Source: Abditibacterium sp.
GTDB lineage: Bacteria; Armatimonadota; Abditibacteriia; Abditibacteriales; Abditibacteriaceae
Direction: 5' to 3'
NCBI GenBank assembly: GCA_965199495.1
Contig: CBDASK010000003.1
Coordinates: 1,856,001 to 1,920,000 of the forward strand
DNA length: 64,000 nucleotides
This document shows, one piece after another, positions 1-11,022 of the stretch (position 1 is the first letter of the stretch; every line of letters begins with the position of its first letter). Under the pieces are notes generated by a model. That model ran no database searches and had not been told where the DNA came from. It worked only from the letters and a program-made list of their open reading frames with translations. The translations under genes were made by a program, and so were the position numbers.

Positions 1-37
1 TGAATGGCAACAGCAACTTTGGTTGCGAGGTTTCACC

Positions 38-502
38 ATGAAAAAAACTATTATTTGCGTCGCCATCGGCGCTGTTGCCATGTATCTGCTCGATCCCGAA
101 TTGGGCGCGATTCGCCGTTCGATCTGGGCCGATAAATTCAGCGGCAAAATGCCCAAAACCGGCAAAGCCATCAGCGAAAAAGCCAGTGCCTTGACCAGTA
201 AAGTCAGCGAAGTCGCCACGCACGCCGACGAAGCCGCCGCCGATGCGGTTGATCACGCCGCCGACAAAGCCAAAGAAATCGCGGCGCAAGCGGGCGACAA
301 AGCGGGCGAGATAAAAGACAACGCGGGCGCCGCAGTTGATAACGCGGCGGACAAGGCCAAAGAAGTTGCGGGCAACGTCGCCGACAAAGCGAACAACGCG
401 GCTGATAAAGCCAAAGACGCGACCAACAAAGCCGACGATAGCGCAAAAGACGCCGCCAATAAAGCCGACGACAAAGCGGCGGATGCCGTCGAGAAAGTTT
501 AA
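38..502 (+). CDS. Membrane-anchored Ala/Asp/Lys-rich repeat protein (YtxH/LEA-like stress protein)
   Basis: ATG at 38; hydrophobic N-terminus AIGAVAMYLLDP followed by AADKAKE-type repeats of about 11 residues. Confidence 0.7.
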   Translation: MKKTIICVAIGAVAMYLLDPELGAIRRSIWADKFSGKMPKTGKAISEKASALTSKVSEVATHADEAAADAVDHAADKAKEIAAQAGDKAGEIKDNAGAAVDNAADKAKEVAGNVADKANNAADKAKDATNKADDSAKDAANKADDKAADAVEKV

Positions 503-514
503 ATTCTTCATCGC

Positions 515-555
515 AAAAGCCTCTCCAAAATCGAATTTGGGGAGGCTTTTCGTTT
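515..555 (+). terminator. Intrinsic terminator
   Basis: aaaagcctctccaaa...tttggggaggctttt hairpin with T-tract after the stop at 502. Confidence 0.75.
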
Positions 556-613
556 AACCCCGAAACGCAACAAGCCGCCCAATTTTTGTCTAAAGGGTAT
601 TTCAAACTATATA

Positions 614-1768
614 ATGACACAAAATTTCCGCTCTCAAATCGCCTTGCGCGGTGTTTTCGTCGCCGTGGCTTTAACCAGCACGCTCGCTGTAAACGCGCAC
701 GCTCGTCCGCAATGGACGCCCGCGCAGGCCAACACATGGCACGCCCAAAACGGCAATCAATGGTTGCGCGGCTCCAACTTTTTGCCGTCGAGCGCCATCA
801 ACCAAATCGAGATGTGGCAGGCCAGCACCTTCGACGAACCCACCATTGACCGCGAACTGGGTTATGCGCAGGGTTTGGGCTTTAATTCGATGCGCGTTTT
901 CCTGCACGATTTGCCTTATCAACAAGACCCGCGAGGTTTCTTAAAACGCGTTGACCGCTTTTTAACTATCGCCGACAAACACAAAATTCGCCCGCTTTTC
1001 GTGTTCTTCGATTCGTGCTGGTATCCGATTCCCTACTTGGGTGCGCAGATGGCGCCGCGCCCGTTCACGCACAATTCGGGTTGGGTGCAAAGCCCCGGCG
1101 CCGCCGCGCTGCAAGAACCCGCCGAATATCCGCGTTTGCACAAATACGTTTCGGGCGTCGTCAAACGCTTCGCCAAAGACAACCGCATCGCCGGTTGGGA
1201 CGTGTGGAACGAACCCGATAACTTCGATGGCGGCGCCGTGGCTCGTCCCGGCCTCGACCCGAAAAACAAAGTCGAGTTGGTCAACAAACTGTTGCCGCAA
1301 GTTTTCGCTTGGGCGCGCGAAAGCGACCCGACTCAGCCCCTGACTTCAGGCGTGTGGAAGGGCGACAACTTCGGCGCCGACGCCAATTTGGAAGAGTGCG
1401 CGCGCACCCAATTACAAAATTCGGACGTGATTTCGTTTCACAACTACGGCGATGACGCTTCGATGCGTCGCGCGATTAACTCGCTCAAACGTTTCGGTCG
1501 CCCGCAGATGTGTACCGAATATATGGCGCGTCCCAACGGCAGCACGTTCAATCCGATTCTGGGCACGCTCAAGGCGCAAGACGTGGCTGCTTATAACTGG
1601 GGCTTTGTTTCGGGCAAATCGCAAACGATTTATCCGTGGGATTCGTGGACAAAGACCTATACTTCCGAGCCGCCGGTGTGGTTTCACGACATTCTGCGCA
1701 TGGACGGCACGCCTTATAAACAGGACGAAGTCAATTACATTCGCCAGATTACCGGCGTTACCAAATAA
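614..1768 (+). CDS. Secreted clan GH-A glycoside hydrolase (GH5-like)
   Basis: Signal peptide ending AHA; WDVWNEP acid/base motif and CTEY nucleophile motif. Confidence 0.85.
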   Translation: MTQNFRSQIALRGVFVAVALTSTLAVNAHARPQWTPAQANTWHAQNGNQWLRGSNFLPSSAINQIEMWQASTFDEPTIDRELGYAQGLGFNSMRVFLHDLPYQQDPRGFLKRVDRFLTIADKHKIRPLFVFFDSCWYPIPYLGAQMAPRPFTHNSGWVQSPGAAALQEPAEYPRLHKYVSGVVKRFAKDNRIAGWDVWNEPDNFDGGAVARPGLDPKNKVELVNKLLPQVFAWARESDPTQPLTSGVWKGDNFGADANLEECARTQLQNSDVISFHNYGDDASMRRAINSLKRFGRPQMCTEYMARPNGSTFNPILGTLKAQDVAAYNWGFVSGKSQTIYPWDSWTKTYTSEPPVWFHDILRMDGTPYKQDEVNYIRQITGVTK

Positions 1769-1770
1769 AA

Positions 1771-2355
1771 ATGCTCCCTAAAAAGCCCACGTTTTCTCAA
1801 TTGGTGTGCGGCGCGCCCGACGTGCGCGCCGCGTTTGAGTCGTATGTGCCCGCGCAGTTTTGGTGGCGCCTGATACTGATGTTGCACGGCAAACCCGTGG
1901 CGTCGTCGCTTTCGTGCGCGCAGGAATCGCGGCAAATCGCCGAGGGTTTCCGTTTTTACGCGTGGCTTTACCGATTTTTGGCGGTTGTGTTTCTGTTGTT
2001 GGGGCCGACGTTATTGGCCGCGAACACTAACGAAAACAACGTCAATTATTGGGCGGTGAGCAGCGTGTTATCGGGCATTTATCTGTGGTTTTGTAGCGGA
2101 TTAGGTTTCGCTGGCGCCAGAGATTACGCCATTGAAGCGGCGCACGGCACCATTGTTTTGCTCACATTTATGGTGATGATCGTGGCATTTTTGAGCGCGT
2201 TCGTGGCTGTCATCAGCGTCGTTGCGCAGTCAAATTGGCTGGCAACTGCGCCCAATTTGGCGGCGACGAGCCTGTTGTTTCTCTTCGGTGTCGGTTCTTA
2301 TTTCATCGAAATCGTTTATTTGGCAAGCCGCGCAACGCACGCGACTCGGACATGA
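1771..2355 (+). CDS. Hypothetical membrane protein
   Basis: About four hydrophobic segments; starts 2 nt after the upstream stop and overlaps the next start (ATGA). Confidence 0.6.
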   Translation: MLPKKPTFSQLVCGAPDVRAAFESYVPAQFWWRLILMLHGKPVASSLSCAQESRQIAEGFRFYAWLYRFLAVVFLLLGPTLLAANTNENNVNYWAVSSVLSGIYLWFCSGLGFAGARDYAIEAAHGTIVLLTFMVMIVAFLSAFVAVISVVAQSNWLATAPNLAATSLLFLFGVGSYFIEIVYLASRATHATRT

Positions 2356-3017
2356 AATTTCCTCCCGCACAACAACGAATCCTCGTCGTGGCTGCCCTGC
2401 TCGCCTGGAGCGTTTCTCTCGTGCTTTTTCGGATAGAGGCGAGCAGCGATAAAAACGGATCTGAACTGCTGTGGAATTTATTTCTGGCCGCATTGCCGTT
2501 AGTCTGGAGTTCGATCTTCCAACGCGCCATCACGCGCAAACGCTGGATTGGGGCAAGCGTCACTTTCGTGTTGTGGATTTTATTTCTCCCCAACGCGCCC
2601 TATTTATTAACCGATTTAATTCATCTGGAGCCAAAACCCAACATACCGGAATGGTACATTCTTGCGATGCTGCTCTCGTGTGCAGCCACCGGCACGCTCA
2701 TTGGCTACGTCTCGCTGATGGACGTTCACGCCACCATCGAACGCCGCTTCGGTTTCACCGCGGGCTGGCTGCTCGCGCTGGCTTCGCTCATGTTATGCGG
2801 ATTCGGCATCTATCTGGGCCGCTTTCTGCGCTGGAACAGTTGGGACGCCCTGACGCGCCCGCTCGATTTCGCGCGCACCGTCATCGGCCAATTCGCCGAC
2901 GCGGGGCCGCACCCTCATCCGGTTCCGGTCACGCTGATTTTCGGCGGTGGTTTGGTGATTGGTTATGTGGCGCTTCGCGTATTGACGACGCCCGCGCGGG
3001 CCGAATCGTTGCTGTGA
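2352..3017 (+). CDS. DUF1361-like membrane protein
   Basis: WNLFLA, FLPNAPYLLTDLIHL and GIYLGRFLRWNSWD motifs; start at the ATGA overlap. Confidence 0.85.
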   Translation: MKFPPAQQRILVVAALLAWSVSLVLFRIEASSDKNGSELLWNLFLAALPLVWSSIFQRAITRKRWIGASVTFVLWILFLPNAPYLLTDLIHLEPKPNIPEWYILAMLLSCAATGTLIGYVSLMDVHATIERRFGFTAGWLLALASLMLCGFGIYLGRFLRWNSWDALTRPLDFARTVIGQFADAGPHPHPVPVTLIFGGGLVIGYVALRVLTTPARAESLL

Positions 3018-3031
3018 TAAATTAAAACTCC

Positions 3032-3661
3032 ATGCAAATTCAATCTGAACAACTCGCCTACTGGTATTTTCGGCTGAATGGATTCCTCAACATTCCAAAC
3101 TTTGTTGTTCATCCTGATACCGGCAACGATCAGCGCACCGACGTAGATTTGCTTGGTGTCAGATTTCCGTATAGAGCAGAATTGTTACTCAGCCCTGTGC
3201 CCATGCGTGACGATGATATTTTTCGTCATCCGAGGGACAAAGCGCACCTTATTTTGGCAGAAGTTAAAGTCGGATTGTGTAACTTGAACGGCCCTTGGAC
3301 TAAGCCGGGGAATGAAAATATGCAAAGAGTTTTGCGCGCCGTTGGAATTTTACCATTACAAGAAATCGAATTGGCTGCGGCGGCTCTTTATGAGAAGGGC
3401 GTTTATTCCAATCAGCTTTACAAAGTGTCCCTGTTCTGTCTTGGAGCCAGAAAGAATCCCGAAATCGCGGACAATTACCCGAAGGTAATTCAATTAACAT
3501 GGGAAGATTGCCTGACTTTCATCGACGGGCGATTCAGACAATATCGCGGCAAGAAAGCGGGCCACAATCAATGGGACAAACACGGAAAAGCTTTGTGGAA
3601 TTGCTCCAGAGACAGTTCAACTGTCGAAGAATTTATCGCTCAAGTAGAGGTGATAGGATGA
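3032..3661 (+). CDS. Hypothetical protein, possible PD-(D/E)xK nuclease
   Basis: E...TDVDLLGV...LILAEVK spacing resembles a restriction-endonuclease-like active site. Confidence 0.6.
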   Translation: MQIQSEQLAYWYFRLNGFLNIPNFVVHPDTGNDQRTDVDLLGVRFPYRAELLLSPVPMRDDDIFRHPRDKAHLILAEVKVGLCNLNGPWTKPGNENMQRVLRAVGILPLQEIELAAAALYEKGVYSNQLYKVSLFCLGARKNPEIADNYPKVIQLTWEDCLTFIDGRFRQYRGKKAGHNQWDKHGKALWNCSRDSSTVEEFIAQVEVIG

Positions 3662-4290
3662 ACAACCAAATTGAATGGCGCCGCGCCTTTATTCGTAGTG
3701 GCTTCAACCTAATCGAACTTGATGGCAAATTTGATTTCAATCGGGAGAATCACGGCATTGAATTCTTCTTTCTCTCCATTTTGTCCGAGCTGCAACTCGA
3801 CGCCGAATACAAAAACGGCATCTTCTCGCCAATATCCGCAACCGTTGACGAATCGGCGTGGCTCGCTGCTATCGACAAATTGCACACCGATTCTGAGGGC
3901 GGGCGTTCTGGCATGGACGATATTGATTTGCAAATGATGGACACCTACATGGCTGGCATCGTTCGCTGGGTGAATGCCGCTGGCATCCGAACAAAGCACA
4001 GTTGCGATGGTCATCCGCCTTACGAACGCCGAGGCCCAACTCTGGATTTAGCTAATGTGAGCCAGAGAGTTCCGTTGAACTACTTCCTGCGCCTTGTATC
4101 GGATGGAGACTGGGAATTGATGCGGAATCGCTTTGTGAAAACCGAAGAGCGCCGCCGATCAGCGCGAAACAGTGGGCCGATGTTGACGGGCGACCGATTT
4201 TGGCTGTTGGACGTGGCGGAGAAAATTCACCAACATCAAGACACTTTGCGCCAACTTGTAGAAATCTCAAGCGAGTTGGCCCAGAGCTAA
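3658..4290 (+). CDS. Hypothetical protein with SCDGH motif
   Basis: ATG at 3658 overlaps the upstream stop (ATGA); open frame of 210 aa. Confidence 0.6.
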   Translation: MNNQIEWRRAFIRSGFNLIELDGKFDFNRENHGIEFFFLSILSELQLDAEYKNGIFSPISATVDESAWLAAIDKLHTDSEGGRSGMDDIDLQMMDTYMAGIVRWVNAAGIRTKHSCDGHPPYERRGPTLDLANVSQRVPLNYFLRLVSDGDWELMRNRFVKTEERRRSARNSGPMLTGDRFWLLDVAEKIHQHQDTLRQLVEISSELAQS

Positions 4291-4339
4291 TTTCGATTTG
4301 GGCGCTCAAAAATTTCTCAAGAAATTTCCCAAAAATCCC

Positions 4340-4752
4340 TTGCGGCCTTCCGCGCATCTCCGTATAATTTCTTCTTGCGCCTGACGAAGAGTATCTCGCA
4401 AGGCGCACCGCGAAGTTCAAATCGCTCCACTGAATAGAAAAATTCCTTGAGAAACATTCTAGAAAGTTGGAACCCCGATTTGAGACAAGCATCTGTAAAA
4501 AGCCCGATGAGTGAGGTCGAACTTAGAGCTTCAAGAGAAGCCTAAAATTAAGCCTTGACGAAATCGGCAGAAGAGAGTAAAATTTCTTCTTGCCCCTGAA
4601 GAAGAGAGCTTCGAGATGATTTCAAAAGGCCCTTGACAAGACGGGGAGAAGAGAGTAGAATTTCTTCTTGCGCCGAGCGAAAGCGGGTTGAGTTAGCTTC
4701 TAAAAAAGCCCTTGACAAGCCGAGCAGAGTGCAGTAAAATTTCTTCTTGCCC
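4340..4752 (+). promoter_or_regulatory. Four tandem sigma70-type rRNA promoters
   Basis: TTGCGG-17-TATAAT (4340), TTGACG-17-TAAAAT (4555), TTGACA-17-TAGAAT (4633), TTGACA-17-TAAAAT (4712), each followed by ttcttcttgc. Confidence 0.85.
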
Positions 4753-4797
4753 GTTGCGAAGAGGCCGAATAAAGTAGGCTGAAACGAAGCGATGGCG

Positions 4798-4830
4798 CGT
4801 TCTTTGAAAACTGAATAGTGGAAAGGTAAA
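4798..4830 (+). promoter_or_regulatory. BoxA-like antitermination site and 5' arm of the 16S processing stem
   Basis: cgttctttgaaaactgaatagtg; complementary to cactattcagttttcagag at about 6618-6636. Confidence 0.75.
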
Positions 4831-4972
4831 GCGTGAACGAACAAGCCTCTCATCTTCGGATGAGATATGTAAATGTTGTGCGAGCTTTAGGTCAAGCTTT
4901 GAGCTGTTCAGGGATGAACAGCCAAAAATACCTTGCTGTTGAAATAGCAAAGTGTTCAAACATCCATTCTTT

Positions 4973-6488
<1,516 letters not shown>

Positions 6489-6663
6489 TGGAGCAAACTT
6501 CAAGTAACCTTTCGAGGTGAACGACAGTGTTCTAAAATTTACTCGCCAACATTTGGCGTGTTCGAGAGTCCCAAGATTGAAATATCGGACGGACTCGTGC
6601 TTGACCAGTTTTACCCCCACTATTCAGTTTTCAGAGTGCCTTCATCTTTGGGGCGCAAATTTG

Positions 6664-6697
6664 AAAAAGCCCGTCGCGTAAGCGGCGGGCTTTTTGT
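6664..6697 (+). terminator. Intrinsic terminator closing the 16S-only transcript
   Basis: aaaaagcccgtcgc-gtaa-gcggcgggcttttt. Confidence 0.85.
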
Positions 6698-6751
6698 CGT
6701 TTGTCTCAATTCACGCCCTGATGTGGTATTGGAAGTGCAGCCACGTCCAAA

Positions 6752-7996
6752 ATGCGTCACTTCACTGCAAAATTTCTTGTTCTATTCGTTGCGCTCACTT
6801 CGTCGGCGTGGCTGTGTTATGCCGCTCCTGCTATTAAAACAACGCCTCACACATTTCCATTACAATATGTGGGGTTTTACAAAAATACTCCGATTACTCC
6901 GGTAATCGCCTTAAAATCCGATTTTGTGGCGTATCCCAATTTGCCCTCTTATAAGAAGTTTCTCGACGCTCCCGCAAATTCGCTTGAAAGAACAGTTGCG
7001 CGTTATGTTGAAACACTTTCCGATGGGCGCGATACGCTATCGCCAGAAACGTTGGCTACCGTTGAGAATTTCTACACTGAAGACGAGAAGGAAGGTAATG
7101 AGAAAGCCATCGAAAGTGTTCATAGCCAGTTCAACAAAATCGCGGACATCCGAATGTGGCACCGATATGATGCAGGGCTACTCTCGATTATTTCATTGGC
7201 TTATATTTCGCCCTCGCGCGTTCAACCCTTCAAAACTCTTTATCTGCGTAAAAGCGGCGCCTCTTACTTCATCACGGGACTTCAAAGTGGCTCCAAAAAC
7301 TACAAAGACGGGCAGTCTGTAATCGATGGAATTGCTTTGTCGAGTGTTGTCTCTCTGAACGAAAGCAACTTAGTGTCACGACCCGATTTGGCTAATGTTC
7401 CTCAACCCACCTATCGTTATAATTTTGCTTTACAAAATTCGTTGCCGGAAGATACTTCTCCGGTTAATCATTTGGAAATTCTGTTCACAGGCAAGCCATC
7501 CAACATTCCTGTTGACGAGAACATGATTCCTGCCGATCCGGTGCAAGCGCTAATTAAGCGCGCGGTTCAAGTTAGACGCAAAGGCACGCTGCAAGAATTC
7601 CTCTCTTTATGGACAGACTACGACAAAAACGGCACCTTCGCGCGTAATCTGGCTCTACAAAATAGTCGGAATGCTCCTCACGCTTCGGCTTCCAGCATTG
7701 GTTTCTTCGCCGGTCAGGACGAAGTTCGTATTGTGTTCACCATTGATTTCGAGGTCGGCGCTTTGGTTTTTCTACGAAACAACGATTCCAAGAAGTTGCA
7801 TTTGCTCAAGGTATGGAAACAATCGCCAAACGATTATCGGTTGAGCGAATCAGGTAGCTTAGAAAGAGGCGATGTTCTGCCCGGTAATTTAAATACTCTG
7901 TTCGACTCTTCGGATTTTCAATCTTATGTTAATGGCCAAGTTGACCAATTCATAGAGCAAAATGACACAAAAGCAACTAATTCCATCCGCGACTAA
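6752..7996 (+). CDS. Secreted hypothetical protein
   Basis: 414-aa ORF with an N-terminal signal peptide; more AT-rich codon usage; no family recognised. Confidence 0.7.
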   Translation: MRHFTAKFLVLFVALTSSAWLCYAAPAIKTTPHTFPLQYVGFYKNTPITPVIALKSDFVAYPNLPSYKKFLDAPANSLERTVARYVETLSDGRDTLSPETLATVENFYTEDEKEGNEKAIESVHSQFNKIADIRMWHRYDAGLLSIISLAYISPSRVQPFKTLYLRKSGASYFITGLQSGSKNYKDGQSVIDGIALSSVVSLNESNLVSRPDLANVPQPTYRYNFALQNSLPEDTSPVNHLEILFTGKPSNIPVDENMIPADPVQALIKRAVQVRRKGTLQEFLSLWTDYDKNGTFARNLALQNSRNAPHASASSIGFFAGQDEVRIVFTIDFEVGALVFLRNNDSKKLHLLKVWKQSPNDYRLSESGSLERGDVLPGNLNTLFDSSDFQSYVNGQVDQFIEQNDTKATNSIRD

Positions 7997-8411
7997 TATC
8001 CGTTACTATCCTCAGCCTTCCGAAGCCAGCCACGCCGCCATTGCGCGCGTTGAGAATGGCCAAATTCATCCCGGCTATTATTTAATCGATCCCGCGACTA
8101 AAGCGCGCGTTGTCGCCGATTTGCCGTTGCCTGTCGTGAAATTTATTCATCGGTTCGCTATGTGCTGCTCGCTTGATTGTTGTGGTTGGGCCGCGCTCGC
8201 GTTCGATGAGCCGAGCGCCGACGATGCACGTTGGGCGATTGCATTGCGCGTGGAGGACGAGTTCGCGCGGGCGCGGGACGCAATCGAAAGTTCGGTCGCA
8301 GAATTGTTGTGGTTTCCGCAGTTGGGGTTGGGCGCGACGAAAGAGGTCGCGTTGGTTTTCTTCGGCTGGTTTGAAGCGGGTTTGCGCCGCGTGAAAATGG
8401 ATTTGACCTAA
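7962..8411 (+). CDS. Hypothetical protein with a CCSLDCCG motif
   Basis: 149-aa ORF overlapping the upstream gene end. Confidence 0.5.
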   Translation: MTQKQLIPSATNIRYYPQPSEASHAAIARVENGQIHPGYYLIDPATKARVVADLPLPVVKFIHRFAMCCSLDCCGWAALAFDEPSADDARWAIALRVEDEFARARDAIESSVAELLWFPQLGLGATKEVALVFFGWFEAGLRRVKMDLT

Positions 8412-8421
8412 GATTTCCTCA

Positions 8422-8527
8422 TTCTCCATAAAGATGACGATTTATCGCGTCTAAGAATATCGCTTGCTTCCACTTTATCGGCAAGTCTGACGTTTTAGAC
8501 GCGATAAATCGTCGTCTCTACGGAAAA
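8422..8527. repeat. Degenerate GTAG-AGAC REP doublet
   Basis: gacgatttatcgcgtctaa ... ttagacgcgataaatcgtcgtctctac inverted arms between convergent genes. Confidence 0.8.
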
Positions 8528-8538
8528 CGAAAATTGGC

Positions 8539-9459
8539 TCACTGTTCTAATTTATAATTCGATTCCTCGCCTGACTCACGCGCCGGATGCGCATCAACGC
8601 CATCGAAACTGAGCGTGACCGGCGCAATTGAGCCGTCGGCGCGAAATTCTAAGCGTTCCAGACACGTCACGCGATGGTTGGCGTCGGTTTCGCCCAAAGG
8701 TCGGCGATGATAACAGATCACCCAATCGTCGTCGGTGCCGGGCAATTGCATCACCGAATGATGGCCCGCACTGGTCGCCACGTCGGGGTTGTTCTGCAAA
8801 ATCACGCCGCCGTTTTTAAACGGGCCGAACGGATTATCGGCGCGACCGTAGGCGACGCGATAACTCGCATCGCCCCAACCGCCTTCGCTCCACATCATGT
8901 AATAAACGCCACGGCGTTTGACCATAAACGGGCCTTCGACGTAATCGGGCGAAGGCGTGATTTCGCGTGGCGCGCGGTTAATCGCTTGCATCGTCGGCGT
9001 TAATGGCGCGACGACGCAATGGCCGTGGCCGCCATAATACAAATAGGCGCGACCATCGTCGTCCACGAAACAGTGCGCGTCAATCGGTTGGGCGCCGAAG
9101 AAATAATCGCGCACGAGCGGAATACCGATGGCGTCGCGAAACGGGCCGAACGGATAATCGGAAACCGCGACGCCAATTCCGGCGCCATCGCCCGCCGAAA
9201 AGTAGAAATAATACTTGCCGTCGCGCGGATTGCGCGCGCACGAGGGCGCCCAGGCCGCGAAGTTGGTTGACCAGCGCACGTCGAGCAAGCTCAAAATTAT
9301 TCCGTCGTTGTGCCAGTTGACTAAATCGCCGCTGCTCCAACATTCGTAATGCAATTGCTCGGTGAAAGGCGCCGAGGTCGTCGGATAGACGTAATAACGT
9401 CCATCGAAACAATGGATTTCGGGATCGGCATACCAGCCGGGAAAAATGGGATTGGGCAC
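8539..9459 (-). CDS. Glycoside hydrolase family 43
   Basis: NPIFPGWYADP, WAPS, IDAHCFVDDDG, VEGP and GHHSV motifs. Confidence 0.92.
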   Translation of the reverse strand: MPNPIFPGWYADPEIHCFDGRYYVYPTTSAPFTEQLHYECWSSGDLVNWHNDGIILSLLDVRWSTNFAAWAPSCARNPRDGKYYFYFSAGDGAGIGVAVSDYPFGPFRDAIGIPLVRDYFFGAQPIDAHCFVDDDGRAYLYYGGHGHCVVAPLTPTMQAINRAPREITPSPDYVEGPFMVKRRGVYYMMWSEGGWGDASYRVAYGRADNPFGPFKNGGVILQNNPDVATSAGHHSVMQLPGTDDDWVICYHRRPLGETDANHRVTCLERLEFRADGSIAPVTLSFDGVDAHPARESGEESNYKLEQ

Positions 9460-9506
9460 GCGTTAAAGGATACAGAATCACCCGCGTTCAAACATCAGAC
9501 ACAAAG

Positions 9507-9643
9507 GATCAGTGCCGTTTGTAGAGACACCGACCGTGTGCCCTTTGGGCGGATGTCTAAAACGTAGAAGTAGCGACGATTTTTACGTTTTAGACATCCG
9601 CCCAAAGGGCACACGGTCGGTGTCTCTACAAACGGCACTGATC
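9507..9643. repeat. GTAG-AGAC REP doublet, perfect 60-bp inverted arms
   Basis: Arms 9507-9566 and 9584-9643 are exact reverse complements around a 17-nt loop. Confidence 0.92.
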
Positions 9644-9647
9644 GTTG

Positions 9648-10916
9648 CTAAAGTTCAATCGCCAAATCTTCGCGTTCAGGAATTGGCCCAATCGCCGCTA
9701 AATTCACCAAATTCGCATCGAATATTTCGGTCGCCGCGCTCTGCACGTCTTCCAAAGTCACGGCTTCGATGGCGGCCAAAGTTTCGCGCGGCGAGATTTG
9801 GCGCCCGAAATACATTTCGTTGCGCGCCAATCGGCCCATTTGCGCGGACGAACTTTCTTCCGACAATAGAATATTCACGCGCGCCATCTGTTTGGCGCGC
9901 TTGAGTTCGATGGGTTTCAAGCCGTCTTTTTTGACGCGACGAAATTCGCGCGCGATCAAGTCGGTCGTCTTGGCCGCATTTTGAGGCGAGACGCTGGTTT
10001 CAACGGCCCAGTAACCCGCCGCGCGATAGCTTGCGCTCGATCCGCCGATGCCGTAGCAAAGGCCACGTTTTTCGCGGATTTCCTGAAACAAGCGGCTCGA
10101 ATAACCGCCGGTCATCGTCGAATCCAAAATCCACGCGGCGTAACGGCGTGGATCGTCGTAGGCATAGGCCTGCGTGCCAATCATCAAATGCGCGCACTCG
10201 CTATCGTCGCGCTTGATTTCGTGATGCGCCAAAACGACCGGCGTCTTCGGCGTGGCTGGTCGTTTGCGGTTTTGGCCCGGCAAATTGGCCAGTCCCTTTT
10301 CGGCGAGCTTTACGATTTGTTCGTGCTTCACGTCGCCAACAGCCACGACGACGCAGTTGGATGGCGAATAATGCCGCTCCATGAAACCGCGTAGATCTTC
10401 GGCACCGAACTTTTCGACGGTTTCAGGGAAACCCGCAATCGGGCGGCCCCAGCGCGATTTGGCCCACAAGTTGGAAATGAATAATTCCTCGATTAATTCG
10501 TCCGGCTCGTCTTCGGTCGCCTTAATTTCTTCGATGACGACGCGTTTTTCGATTTCCAACAAATCGGCGTCCAAAATTGGTTCCGTCGCGAACTCGCACA
10601 GCAAACTCAAGGCGGGCGCGACTTGGTCGGATAAGACTTTGACGTGATAGCAAACCCATTCGCGCTCGGTAAAGGCGTTCATGCCACCGCCCAGAACGTC
10701 CATTTTGGCGGCGATTTTGGCCATCGAATGATGCCGCGTGCCCTTGAAAACCATGTGTTCCAAAAGGTGAGCTAACCCCTGCTCGCGCGTGCTTTCGTGA
10801 ATCGAACCGGCCTCGATCCACACGCCCAATGTCGCCGAAGTGATATGCGGATGGTGCTCGGTTAGTACGCGCAAACCGCCCGGCAAAGTCGTTTTCTGGA
10901 AGTTGGTTGGGTTCAT
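9648..10916 (-). CDS. M16 (pitrilysin-family) zinc peptidase
   Basis: GLAHLLEHMVFKGT (HxxEH) and SSRLFQEIREKRGLCY; probable start MNPTNF. Confidence 0.93.
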   Translation of the reverse strand: MNPTNFQKTTLPGGLRVLTEHHPHITSATLGVWIEAGSIHESTREQGLAHLLEHMVFKGTRHHSMAKIAAKMDVLGGGMNAFTEREWVCYHVKVLSDQVAPALSLLCEFATEPILDADLLEIEKRVVIEEIKATEDEPDELIEELFISNLWAKSRWGRPIAGFPETVEKFGAEDLRGFMERHYSPSNCVVVAVGDVKHEQIVKLAEKGLANLPGQNRKRPATPKTPVVLAHHEIKRDDSECAHLMIGTQAYAYDDPRRYAAWILDSTMTGGYSSRLFQEIREKRGLCYGIGGSSASYRAAGYWAVETSVSPQNAAKTTDLIAREFRRVKKDGLKPIELKRAKQMARVNILLSEESSSAQMGRLARNEMYFGRQISPRETLAAIEAVTLEDVQSAATEIFDANLVNLAAIGPIPEREDLAIEL

Positions 10917-11022
10917 CGGACGAGGTAAAGACAGACAAAGTATGACGCGCGGGCGCGCGCCCAAGTCGCTCGAAATCGTTGCTTTGAACTTGGTTTATCT
11001 GCTGCCGTCTGTGGGCGTTCTT

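Noticed and set aside
4540..4760. Regularly spaced repeats as CRISPR or ncRNA
   Set aside because: Each unit is a -35/17/-10 promoter in front of the 16S gene
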